Shown here: piece after piece, positions 1-8,387 of the stretch
Position numbering within the stretch: the first letter of the stretch is position 1
Layout: each line of letters opens with the position of its first letter
IMG/VR virus record: IMGVR_UViG_3300030606_000018
Span: 1-41,872 of that record
Source of the DNA: a virus
Lineage: Duplodnaviria; Caudoviricetes
Length of the DNA stretch: 41,872 nt
Direction: 5' to 3' (one strand)
The notes under the pieces: generated by a model
The model's database searches: none
The model's input: the letters and a program-made list of their open reading frames with translations, nothing else
Told to the model about the DNA's origin: nothing
Made by a program: the position numbers and the translations under genes

Positions 1-44
1 TCCGCGACCACCGCGAGAAGGCGCTGCACGCGCACCTGAACTGA

Positions 45-63
45 CGGCTACAAACGCGCTACA
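45..63 (+). promoter_or_regulatory. Putative integrase arm-type sites (CGGCTACA, GCGCTACA)
   Basis: Tandem copies 11 bp apart; the motif recurs across the core at 228-235 (inverted, degenerate), 288-295 (inverted) and 301-308. Confidence 0.55.
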
Positions 64-76
64 CCGAGCCGCAAGT

Positions 77-103
77 GCGGAGAACGACAGCGCTTTTCTC
101 CGC
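77..103 (+). terminator. Inverted repeat after the last early gene (terminator or att accessory site)
   Basis: GCGGAGAA-N11-TTCTCCGC; no U-tract. Confidence 0.3.
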
Positions 104-111
104 TCGCTGCC

Positions 112-153
112 TTCCTAATCCGTAGGCCGCAGGTTCGAGTCCTGCCGGGGGCG
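112..153 (+). tRNA. Phage-borne 3' half of tRNA-Arg(CCT) (attP replacement fragment, not a full tRNA)
   Basis: Anticodon loop TTCCTAA, TCCGT, variable loop AGGCC, T-arm GCAGG-TTCGAGT-CCTGC, acceptor strand CGGGGGC-G; no D-arm or 5' acceptor strand upstream. Confidence 0.88.
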
Positions 154-160
154 CTAAGGA

Positions 161-173
161 AATCAGGCACTTA
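161..173 (+). promoter_or_regulatory. IHF-consensus site next to att core
   Basis: AATCAGGCACTTA matches WATCARNNNNTTR. Confidence 0.55.
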
Positions 174-281
174 CCCGTCCCGAGGGGAGCAAGCACGCTG
201 GCACATGCTTACACGCAGGTGCCGATTCGTAGCCTCGACGGGACAAGACAAATCCCTGGCACTCGCCGTGCTGACACACGC

Positions 282-310
282 TTGCACTGTAGCCGGCCAA
301 CGGCTACACT
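282..310 (+). promoter_or_regulatory. Sigma70-type promoter for lipoprotein-integrase operon
   Basis: TTGCAC-N17-TACACT; ATG at 319 with no SD. Confidence 0.65.
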
Positions 311-318
311 CCGGCATC

Positions 319-678
319 ATGAAGACGAGTTCAGCGCTGCTGGTCCTAGTCTTGGCCGGGTGCGGGCCGACCGCCTCGGACATTCGGCGAATGTGCATGG
401 ACGAGGGTCGGCAACGGCTGCACGACCAGTTCGTCCTCGCGGATGGCATGACGTCGGACCAGGCCAGAGCCGCGATGGCCGCCGAGCCGGACCGGACCGA
501 GGCCCGGATTGCGGCCTGGACGCGGCAGCATTGCATCCCGCATGTGACGGCCGGCATCCAGGAACAGCAGCGGCGGGCCTACGTGGGCGCTGCGCTCGGG
601 GCCACGATGGCTCGCCCGCCCGCCCAGGCCCGCCCTATCCGCTGTGTGACGACGGGCAGCGTGACTCGGTGTAACTGA
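319..678 (+). CDS. Lipoprotein (possible superinfection exclusion / lysogenic conversion)
   Basis: MKTSSALLVLVLAG-C lipobox; stop overlaps the integrase ATG; start moved from 205 to 319. Confidence 0.72.
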   Translation: MKTSSALLVLVLAGCGPTASDIRRMCMDEGRQRLHDQFVLADGMTSDQARAAMAAEPDRTEARIAAWTRQHCIPHVTAGIQEQQRRAYVGAALGATMARPPAQARPIRCVTTGSVTRCN

Positions 679-1694
679 TGGCCTCGGTATACAAGCGAGG
701 CTCAGTCTGGTGGATAAAGGTATCGACGGCCGGGAAGATCATTCAGCGGTCGGCCGGGCCGGGCGCCTCGAGGCAGGATGCGAAGGCCCTGGCCACGAGC
801 CTCGAGGCCAAGGCGAACCGCGGCCTCTTCGAGCCGGGCCGGCGCGTTAGAGTCGCGGAGCTGCTGGACCTGGTCCTGCAAGACTACCGGCTGCACGGGC
901 GCGCGAGCCTGGCCGACGCTGAGCGCCGGATCTCGAAACACCTCGAGCCGGCCCTAGGCCATGTGCCGGCCGGCCCACTCTCAGACTTGACCGGCTACGT
1001 CCAGGACAGGCTCGAGGCCGGGGCGCGGCCTGGGACCATCAACCGGGAGCTGGCCATAGTGTCGAAGGCCTACCGCCTCGGGCAAGAGCGAGGGCTAGTC
1101 GACCGGCGCCCGGTCATCCGGCTTCTGTCTGAGGCCGATGGCATCCGGCAAGGCGTCCTCCGGCCCGAAGAGTTCGCTCGTCTGCTCGAGGCGATTTCTG
1201 ACGAACACCTCAGGCTCTTCGTCCGCTGGCTCGGGACGACGGGCATGCGCTCGGGAGAAGCCAAGCAGTTGACCTGGGCGATGGTCCACGGCGACGAGCT
1301 ACGAGTCCCAGCCCCAGCCGCCAAGAACCGACGCGACCGCGTCCTGCCGTTGGCCGGCCCGCTCTCGAGCATCATCCAAGAGGCACGATCGCGCAGAAGG
1401 CTGGACTGCCCGACTGTATTTCACCGACACGGGCGGCCAATCGGCGCGATCAGGAAGACGTGGGCGCGAGCCTGTCAGAAGGCCGGGCTCGAGGGTCTGA
1501 TTCCACACGACTTGCGCCGCTCGGCGGTCACGTCCCTGTTCCGGGCCGGGATTCCCGAGCACTTGATTCTCGCCATCTCAGGCCACCAGACCAGCAGCAT
1601 CCTGCGCCGCTATAACATTGCAGACCGGGAGGACACGGCCCGAGCGCTCGAGAAGCTGGGCGAGTACCTTGACCGGGGAAAGAAGGCGATCTAG
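678..1694 (+). CDS. int: Tyrosine integrase
   Basis: TGMRSGE (catalytic R), AKN, HDLRR, ISGH, RRY catalytic Tyr; N-terminal YKRGSVWWI arm-binding-like segment. Confidence 0.96.
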   Translation: MASVYKRGSVWWIKVSTAGKIIQRSAGPGASRQDAKALATSLEAKANRGLFEPGRRVRVAELLDLVLQDYRLHGRASLADAERRISKHLEPALGHVPAGPLSDLTGYVQDRLEAGARPGTINRELAIVSKAYRLGQERGLVDRRPVIRLLSEADGIRQGVLRPEEFARLLEAISDEHLRLFVRWLGTTGMRSGEAKQLTWAMVHGDELRVPAPAAKNRRDRVLPLAGPLSSIIQEARSRRRLDCPTVFHRHGRPIGAIRKTWARACQKAGLEGLIPHDLRRSAVTSLFRAGIPEHLILAISGHQTSSILRRYNIADREDTARALEKLGEYLDRGKKAI

Positions 1695-1701
1695 AAAAGG
1701 C

Positions 1702-1875
1702 TCAGCCAGAGGCGGGCCGAGACAGTCGGAAGCAGCCGACGCCCTGAGGGACCCGGTGCCAGACCTCACAGAAGGGCTCGGGGCTGACGTACCATGTTTC
1801 CTTCGGGGCCTTGGCGTCGGAGGCTACGCCAAGCACACCGAGCACGAGGGCCAGGAGCAGGACGAGGCGCGTCAC
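1702..1875 (-). CDS. Small secreted/membrane-anchored protein, 57 aa (not in ORF track)
   Basis: GTG start overlaps the upstream stop (GTGA); MTRLVLLLALVLGVLGVASDAKA signal-like segment; two Cys. Confidence 0.55.
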   Translation of the reverse strand: MTRLVLLLALVLGVLGVASDAKAPKETWYVSPEPFCEVWHRVPQGVGCFRLSRPASG

Positions 1876-2090
1876 TGAATCAGGGCCGCCGCCCCTGTGC
1901 CGGCCAAGACCATCAGGCCGGCCACTTTCGCCAGGAGCCAGCGGTGCTGCTTAGCCACGCTCTCGAATCGCTCATCGTCGTGGACGCCATGAGCGATAAG
2001 GGCCCCTTCGATACGCTCACACGACGCTGTGATGTTCCGCAGGTCGGCCGAGACGGAACCCCGCCATTCAGCGACAGTTTCATTCTTCAT
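1872..2090 (-). CDS. Small coiled-coil plus C-terminal TM protein (holin/antiholin-like)
   Basis: Amphipathic N-terminus, hydrophobic C-terminus, end of late operon. Confidence 0.5.
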   Translation of the reverse strand: MKNETVAEWRGSVSADLRNITASCERIEGALIAHGVHDDERFESVAKQHRWLLAKVAGLMVLAGTGAAALIQ

Positions 2091-5000
2091 CTAGTCAGTC
2101 AGCTCCTCAAGAGATAGCGGGCGCTTCTGAAGGACCGCTCGGCGGGCGCGGTTGCGAACCATCTCGTTCGCCGCTCGGACCGCCCCTTGCAGCCGGCGCC
2201 GTCGGATCGAATCTGAGAGTCGGCCATAGCCCGGCTCGCGAATGGACCTGGCAACTCGGTCGATCCGGGCCGCTGTGAATGCCTGTCGCAGCGTCAGGTC
2301 GTCTTCGGGTCCGAGCTTGATCTGCCGCCCGCCTGGGAATGTCAGGGCTGTCCCTCGGGCTGGCACCGACCCGCCTACCTTCCCCTCGGCCCTCTTCTCT
2401 ATGACGCCGATCTCGGGTGCCTTCTTCCGCCCCGCGTTCAGCCGGTCCAGCTCGCGAAATACGTCTTGGGCCTGGGCCACCTCGGGCCTAGTCCGCTGAA
2501 TGTCCGAGACGAACGGAATCACGTTCGAGCGGCGGGCCACGTCGCCGGTTGGGTCGATTTTCGGGGGCGGCTCGGGCAAGCCTAGACCGGGGAGAGCGCG
2601 GCCCACTGCCTCCCCGAACGACTTAGGCCGGTCCCGGACGACCGCCGCGTCTCCCCCAGCCTCAATGGCACGGAGCGCGTCCTGGGCGATGCCGGGGACG
2701 AACGAGGAGACCCGCTGTCCAGCGAACGCCCGGAACCGCTCGCTCTGCGATCGCGCGTCGTCGTGCGCCGCCCCGAACGCATCTAGGAACTCGGAGATGC
2801 CTCGCAAGAACGACTGGTCCTTCGTCACGTCCCCAAGCCCGGCCACGACGGCGCCCAGCCTCGTGGCCATGTCGTCTTGCCCGATGCCACCCTCTTCGAA
2901 CGAGCGGACAATGTCCGAGACCATCGTCAGGGGGAGCGCGGCCGGCCCGAGGGCCTGGCTCGAGACATTCACGTCCCCGACCTGGACGGAGCTGGGAACC
3001 TTCCCCTCGGCAAAGAAGCGGGACCGCTCGGCCGGGTCTCGAGGGGCCGACCCGATGATGCCGCCTTCTTGGGCCAGGTAGACCAAGAGGGGCGTCATGG
3101 CCGCGCCTAGCAACGCTTCGCCGTGGACTTGCTGGCGGATGCGCTGGGCGGCTATGCCCGACAGGCCCTCGGCCGCGATCTTGGACTCGGACAGCTCAGC
3201 GAAGACTTGTCCGAACGGCGACACGGTGATGCCACGTCGTAGAAGGTTGGCCGGCGTCCGCAGGAATGGGACGATCATGTCGGCCACGAGGCCAGCGACC
3301 GGGCTTCTCTGGGCCAGGTGCCGCTTGCCCAGCATTACACCTTCGATCAGGGCGCCGGGCTTTTCCTGGAACGACCCTCGAGCACCCGCCTTCCTCGCCT
3401 CGTCGGCAAGGTTCAGGTCGCGCCCGACGCCTGGCACCTGGACCGGCTTCCCTCGAACGCCAGGCCGCGCCTCGGTCTGGCCCAGCAGATCCTCGACTCG
3501 GCGGGCGAGCGTCTGGCGGTTGGCGCGCCGGCCCAGCTCGCGCGAGGCTCGAGCGAAGGCCGACGAGTGGGCGGCGATCTCTTCATTGATCGCGCGGAAG
3601 AGCTGGTCGCCCGCCTCGAGCGAGCGCGAGACAACGTTTGAAATCCGGGCTGGCCCGACGTCCTGGGGACGGAACGAGGCCAGCTCGGACTGGCCCGTGC
3701 TCCGGCCCGAGATGGTCGTGGCCAGCGACCCGACGTCGGAGGCCTGCTCGGTCGTGATTCCCTTGGACAGGACTTCGCCGGCTCGCCGGAGCCCGACGCG
3801 CAGCCCGATGAGAGAGCCAGAGTAGACGCCGGCCAGCTCGGACTTGACTGTCGTAGTCGGGGCCTGCCCCGTCAGCCGCGCTTCGCGCCCGGCCCGAGCC
3901 GCCGCTCCGACTGACCGGGCCGGCACCAAGGCGAGCTGGGCCGCGTTGCCCAGAATGTTCCGGGCCTGGGTAGTGGGCCTGGACAAGACGGCCGAGAAGA
4001 AGAGGGACCGGGCGCTCTCTGTGCCGGTCCGGGGAATCACCTCGTCCCGGAGCTGCTGGGCTAGCTGGATGCGGGACACGTCGTCCGGCGCCTCGTTCAT
4101 CCGGCGCACGAACTCGGACGCTCGGCTCGGGGCGATGCGCTGGCCCCGAGGCATCTCCTTGTTCACCTGTCGCAAGGCCGACTCGACTACCGCCAGCCGC
4201 CCTCGGGGACTCATCCCGAACGCGCGGAGCGTCGATCCGGCCTCTGACGAGCTGGAGACCCGGTTGACTACCAGCGTAGCTAGATGGTCCTGGGCCGTGT
4301 CCAGTTCAGCGCGGAGGGCCGGGTTATCCGGGTCGGCCGCAAGAGCCTTGGTCAGGCGAGAGACTGAGCCATCCACCTTCACAATGGCGTCCTGTATCGC
4401 GACGACCTCGGGCTGTGTGACAGCCTGGCCGGGCTGCCTGGGCTCGATTGGGACGTCGAGCCTATCGGCCATCGCCTGCGCCTGGTCATCGGTCAACCGC
4501 TGCGTGCGCGCTCGGATGTCGGGCTGCGTGTACTCGAACGCCTTGCGTAGCCGCTCCTGCCCCTCCAAGTCGTCCGGCGCGAGTCGAGCCGCCAGGCGCT
4601 CGAACCTGTCGTCCGAGAAGCGAGAGCCGGTCGGGCCTGGCGCCGGCTCGAGGGGGCTGGGCGGGATAGTCGCCTCGGGGTTCTGCGCCCGGACCGTGGG
4701 GATCTCGGCCTCTTCCAGCACCTCGCGCGCCCGCTCCGGAGAAGGCGTCTGCCCCGAGGCCGCGCGTGCCGGAGCGCCCTCGGGCACCTCAAGCTGCCGC
4801 AGGGCGCGCTTGTCCGCTCGCCGCACGAACTCGCCGGCTGCGCCACCTATTCCGGCTGCCAGGGCGCCTTCGCCCAGAGTAGGCAGGCGACCCTCCTTCA
4901 GCCCGATCTCGGCCGCCGCTATGCCCAGCCCCTCGAGCGCCCCTCCCACGAGCCGGCCGCCCACGGCTCGCGCCCCCTTGACCGCACCGCCGGCCAGCCG

Positions 5001-5318
5001 TGCGCCGACTCGGCCTCCGGGGATCACTGAGATGCCCGTGTCTATGGCCAGCTCTTTCAAGCTGATGTCACGACCCTCGACGGCCTGAGCCAGCGAAGAG
5101 CCTACGAGCGCACCTCCGGCTACGCCCGCCGGCCCAAGTGTCGCGCCGGCCAGTGGTAGGCCGACTCGGAGAGCGGTCGCTGTGGCCTGGCGCCCGAACC
5201 CGATGGGTTTCTGGCCGCCGCCTAGCCCGATCCTGTCCGCTACGAAGTCAATGTCTTCGGGCGTAGGGCGCTCGTCGAACTCGACAAGCCGCCCCTCTAT
5301 TTCGACCCGGACCGGCAC
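2091..5318 (-). CDS. Large internal virion / DNA ejection protein
   Basis: 1075 aa, helical, Gly/Ala-rich hydrophobic N-terminal part; last of three genes after the tail module, as in podoviruses. Confidence 0.62.
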   Translation of the reverse strand: MPVRVEIEGRLVEFDERPTPEDIDFVADRIGLGGGQKPIGFGRQATATALRVGLPLAGATLGPAGVAGGALVGSSLAQAVEGRDISLKELAIDTGISVIPGGRVGARLAGGAVKGARAVGGRLVGGALEGLGIAAAEIGLKEGRLPTLGEGALAAGIGGAAGEFVRRADKRALRQLEVPEGAPARAASGQTPSPERAREVLEEAEIPTVRAQNPEATIPPSPLEPAPGPTGSRFSDDRFERLAARLAPDDLEGQERLRKAFEYTQPDIRARTQRLTDDQAQAMADRLDVPIEPRQPGQAVTQPEVVAIQDAIVKVDGSVSRLTKALAADPDNPALRAELDTAQDHLATLVVNRVSSSSEAGSTLRAFGMSPRGRLAVVESALRQVNKEMPRGQRIAPSRASEFVRRMNEAPDDVSRIQLAQQLRDEVIPRTGTESARSLFFSAVLSRPTTQARNILGNAAQLALVPARSVGAAARAGREARLTGQAPTTTVKSELAGVYSGSLIGLRVGLRRAGEVLSKGITTEQASDVGSLATTISGRSTGQSELASFRPQDVGPARISNVVSRSLEAGDQLFRAINEEIAAHSSAFARASRELGRRANRQTLARRVEDLLGQTEARPGVRGKPVQVPGVGRDLNLADEARKAGARGSFQEKPGALIEGVMLGKRHLAQRSPVAGLVADMIVPFLRTPANLLRRGITVSPFGQVFAELSESKIAAEGLSGIAAQRIRQQVHGEALLGAAMTPLLVYLAQEGGIIGSAPRDPAERSRFFAEGKVPSSVQVGDVNVSSQALGPAALPLTMVSDIVRSFEEGGIGQDDMATRLGAVVAGLGDVTKDQSFLRGISEFLDAFGAAHDDARSQSERFRAFAGQRVSSFVPGIAQDALRAIEAGGDAAVVRDRPKSFGEAVGRALPGLGLPEPPPKIDPTGDVARRSNVIPFVSDIQRTRPEVAQAQDVFRELDRLNAGRKKAPEIGVIEKRAEGKVGGSVPARGTALTFPGGRQIKLGPEDDLTLRQAFTAARIDRVARSIREPGYGRLSDSIRRRRLQGAVRAANEMVRNRARRAVLQKRPLSLEELTD

Positions 5319-6272
5319 TTACTCGACGAAGCGGAAGGATCGGCCTGAGGGGGTCTGGGGGCCCTGGCCGCCGAGCGCCTGGCCCAGGACCGAGCCGGCT
5401 GCCGCTCCTGGTGCAGCGGGGGCGGGCTCGGGCAAGCTGGCCGGGGCCTGAGTCGGGGCCTGAGTCGGGGCCGCTCCGGTCCCTGCGTCGATCTGGGCCA
5501 GCGCATCTTCGAAGGTCGCGGCCGAGCCGGATGCGACCAGCCTGGCGGCCGTCTGAAGACGCACGTTCGGGGAGAGCTGGGATTCCTGCGAGGCCGGGTC
5601 GCGCAGGGCGCGCTGGGTCTGCGCCTCGATCAGGCGTTCGCGGGCCGCCGCTGTACGTGAAAGCCGCGCCTCCTGAATCTGCTCCAGCTCAAACTGCCGT
5701 TGCCTCTCGAGCTGGCCCATGTTGTGCTCGACGTAGTTTGAGGCGAGCCGAGCGGCCGACTCCCGCTTGCGAGCGTTCCGGGCCTGCGCCCTCTGGTTCC
5801 GGTCCTTCCGGTCCTGGAAGAGCCGCGCCGCGGCCTCGGGGTTCTTGACGGCCATGACGATCAGGAAGGCCCGCTCGCCGGCCGACAAGGGCGTGTCTTC
5901 GGGCTCGTCCGGCCCGAGGGTCTGCAAGAACCGCTGATGGGCCGAATCGAAGTCCGCTTCTCCGGTCCCCGTCGCGTCGGCGCGGAACAGACCTTCTTGC
6001 TGGTCCATCAGAGACTGGTTCAGCGGGTTGACGGCCTTGGGCGGGCCGGGGGCCATCGGGGGCGGCTCGACGGCCTGCGCCTGGGCCAACATCTCCGGCC
6101 CAATCTGGTCCACGAGGTTGCCCGTCGTCGTGGGGGTCGTGGTCGGAACAGACGGGTCCAGGGCCGTCGGGAAGTTCGAGACAGGCGTCGTCTGCATAGG
6201 CGGGACGGGGGCCAGGTCGAACCCTTCGTCCGGTCGCAGGATCTCTAGTAGATTGCTAGGCTGTGCCACCAT
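5319..6272 (-). CDS. Putative internal virion / ejection protein
   Basis: Position; Pro/Thr-rich ends with coiled-coil centre; AGGAGG RBS. Confidence 0.5.
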   Translation of the reverse strand: MVAQPSNLLEILRPDEGFDLAPVPPMQTTPVSNFPTALDPSVPTTTPTTTGNLVDQIGPEMLAQAQAVEPPPMAPGPPKAVNPLNQSLMDQQEGLFRADATGTGEADFDSAHQRFLQTLGPDEPEDTPLSAGERAFLIVMAVKNPEAAARLFQDRKDRNQRAQARNARKRESAARLASNYVEHNMGQLERQRQFELEQIQEARLSRTAAARERLIEAQTQRALRDPASQESQLSPNVRLQTAARLVASGSAATFEDALAQIDAGTGAAPTQAPTQAPASLPEPAPAAPGAAAGSVLGQALGGQGPQTPSGRSFRFVE

Positions 6273-6278
6273 GCCTCC

Positions 6279-7457
6279 TTACAGGCGCCCGCCCGGTGTA
6301 AACCGGGGATCGCTCAAGATGTTCGCCACGTTGCCCGACGAGGAGCCGGCGCCCCCGAATCCCCCGGCCGCTACTCCGGCCCCGGCCCCGAGGGCCTGAG
6401 AGCCTGACTGGATGGCCCCGGAAATCATGGCCTGCCGCTGCTCCTCGGCCTGCTGGTCAAGCTGGGCCTGCTGAATGTCTCGCTGCGTCTTGGCGCCGCG
6501 GAGCGACTGGAAGGGCTGCTGGGCGTTCGTGAACGCCTGCCCGAGGTTCTGGAACGCTTCTCCGCTCGTGAGTCGGTTGCGGCCGATGGCCGACGCTCCC
6601 TCTTGCCGCGCCAGCGTGCGATTCAGAATGTCCGACGAGAGGCCCGACTGTAGGCCGACGAGCTGCGCCAGCGTGTTTCTCCGGTCGTTCTCGAAGGCCT
6701 CATCTCTTGCCCTATAGAAATTCTGGAGGTTGGCGGCTCCTACCGTAGAGCTTTCAAAGTCTGGTCCGAAGTCTCGGGCCAGCTTGCTACGCAGAACCTT
6801 CTCCTGCTCCTCGAACTCTCTCGTCAAGGCAGGACTCGCGGCCAGCTCTCCCCCGAGGGCAGTCAGGACTCGGTCGCCTAGCCCTGTCTCGATCTGTCCC
6901 TGCTGAAGCTCGGCCTCGGACGGTGCCCTCGAGAGCCCTGTGACTTGCATCGGATTCGACTGGAGACGCCCCAGCTCAGCCTGCGCCAGGTCTAGCTCCT
7001 GCTGAAGCCTGTTCCGCTCCTTCCGAGCCGTCTTCCGAGCCTTGGGACTTCCACCCTTGCTCTTGCGGCCCTTGGCCCCGATCCTGGTCGACTCGGCCTC
7101 CCCGATGGCCGACTGCAAAGAAGCGACGCGGTCCTGGGCCGCCTGAAGCTGGGCCGGATCGACGCCGCTCGTCTGCACGTCGAACCCGAGGGCACGAAGC
7201 AGCTCGGGCTCGAGTCGCGAGAGGAGACCAGAGCCCAGCTCAGTCTGTGTCCGTCCCTGATCTAGGCTCGAGCGAGTCTGACGGATCAGCTCGTTCTCGC
7301 GCCTATCAAACGTCGGGACGGCAATGTCCGGTGCACCAGGGGCGTTTGCGGCCTGGGCTGCCTGGGCGGCTGCGGCAGCGGCGGCAGTGGCACCTACGGC
7401 GACCGCCGCGCCGACGAAACACAGATGGCTGTTTATGAATTCGAGTCGGTCCTGCAT
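6279..7457 (-). CDS. Putative pilot / ejection protein
   Basis: Ala-rich hydrophobic N-terminus, Gln-rich coiled coils, Gly/Ala-rich C-terminus. Confidence 0.55.
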   Translation of the reverse strand: MQDRLEFINSHLCFVGAAVAVGATAAAAAAAQAAQAANAPGAPDIAVPTFDRRENELIRQTRSSLDQGRTQTELGSGLLSRLEPELLRALGFDVQTSGVDPAQLQAAQDRVASLQSAIGEAESTRIGAKGRKSKGGSPKARKTARKERNRLQQELDLAQAELGRLQSNPMQVTGLSRAPSEAELQQGQIETGLGDRVLTALGGELAASPALTREFEEQEKVLRSKLARDFGPDFESSTVGAANLQNFYRARDEAFENDRRNTLAQLVGLQSGLSSDILNRTLARQEGASAIGRNRLTSGEAFQNLGQAFTNAQQPFQSLRGAKTQRDIQQAQLDQQAEEQRQAMISGAIQSGSQALGAGAGVAAGGFGGAGSSSGNVANILSDPRFTPGGRL

Positions 7458-7466
7458 TGTTCCCTC

Positions 7467-8384
7467 TCAGTCCATCGTCACGACGGCCTTGCTCAGCAGC
7501 ACCGTCTTTAGGACGCCCTCAGTCGTGGCGACCTGTGCCTCGAGGTGGTATATCTCGCTGCCGGTCGGAAGGTCAGTCGTGGCCGTGTGGACTAGATCCC
7601 CGTTGATGTAGAAGTCGATTCGGCTCGGGTCTCGGTGGTCCAGAGAAAGAATGTACGGCGTGACCGTCGTCACTTCGACGCCCGTGTCGACGGCCGTGCT
7701 ATTGTGATAGACGTACCATGTAGACCCGACGCTCGAGGCGAATCGAAACCCGCACGAGCCATCTCCTGGCGGGGTCGCGGCTGCGTTGCTCGGGACGTTC
7801 AAGCCGTACCACAGCAGCATGTTCGCTAGGTTGGCCGGGGTCCGGGCGAACCAGGTAGCCTGTGGGCGCCACCGAAACTGCCCCAGGGCTGTACCGGCCT
7901 GAGTGAACAACGCTCGAGCGCCGTTGGAGGCCGCACACGTCAGGGCGATGAAGTTGCCGTTCTCGTCTGCCGCATTCCCGGCCGTTCCGGTCGTAGAGAT
8001 TATCACGCCTCCGAGGACCCCGATGATGCTGCTCCCGATGACGGTAGACTGATAGCCGTACGTACGCCGCTCCTGTGGCTCGCCTGTGGGCACGTTCGCA
8101 ACGGTGTCGTCGACATACTGCTTCGTCGCCGCCTCCAGGTCCTGGACCGGGTCGTGGTCTAGGATCAGGTCGCCCAGCATAGTCCCGCCGGCCAACGGCA
8201 AGTAGTCGTCTAGCTCGGCCAGCGTGTCGTCGATCAGGCCGTCGACATACTGCTTCGTGACAGCCTGCAAATCGACCTCGGGGTCGGCGTGCAGGAGGAG
8301 TGGTCCGGTCAGCTCCCCGCCGTTCAGCGAGAGCCGCTTGCCTACAGCCGCGGCCAGCTCGATCGGTGTGTGTCCGATAGGCAT
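7467..8384 (-). CDS. Tail fibre / receptor-binding protein
   Basis: Two LxLxGGx(L/M)xGxLxL...AxTKQYVD fibre repeats, then a beta-rich lectin-like C-terminus. Confidence 0.72.
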   Translation of the reverse strand: MPIGHTPIELAAAVGKRLSLNGGELTGPLLLHADPEVDLQAVTKQYVDGLIDDTLAELDDYLPLAGGTMLGDLILDHDPVQDLEAATKQYVDDTVANVPTGEPQERRTYGYQSTVIGSSIIGVLGGVIISTTGTAGNAADENGNFIALTCAASNGARALFTQAGTALGQFRWRPQATWFARTPANLANMLLWYGLNVPSNAAATPPGDGSCGFRFASSVGSTWYVYHNSTAVDTGVEVTTVTPYILSLDHRDPSRIDFYINGDLVHTATTDLPTGSEIYHLEAQVATTEGVLKTVLLSKAVVTMD

Positions 8385-8387
8385 GTG

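Larger units (their letters stand above)
1..122 (+). repeat. Direct repeat copy 1 (phage arm plus att core, attP context)
   Basis: Identical to 41679-41800; the copies diverge directly after TTCCTAATCCG. Confidence 0.97.

Noticed and set aside
1-122. Physical direct terminal repeat of a linear virion genome
   Set aside because: The repeat ends at an att core and the right copy continues into a different tRNA half; it is better explained as attP/attR joined by assembly or tandem integration.
80-156. Complete phage tRNA gene
   Set aside because: No 5' acceptor strand or D-arm, and the bases before the anticodon loop do not pair with TCCGT.
5442-5472. 12-bp tandem repeat
   Set aside because: Encodes an APTQ linker inside a CDS; too short for an array.
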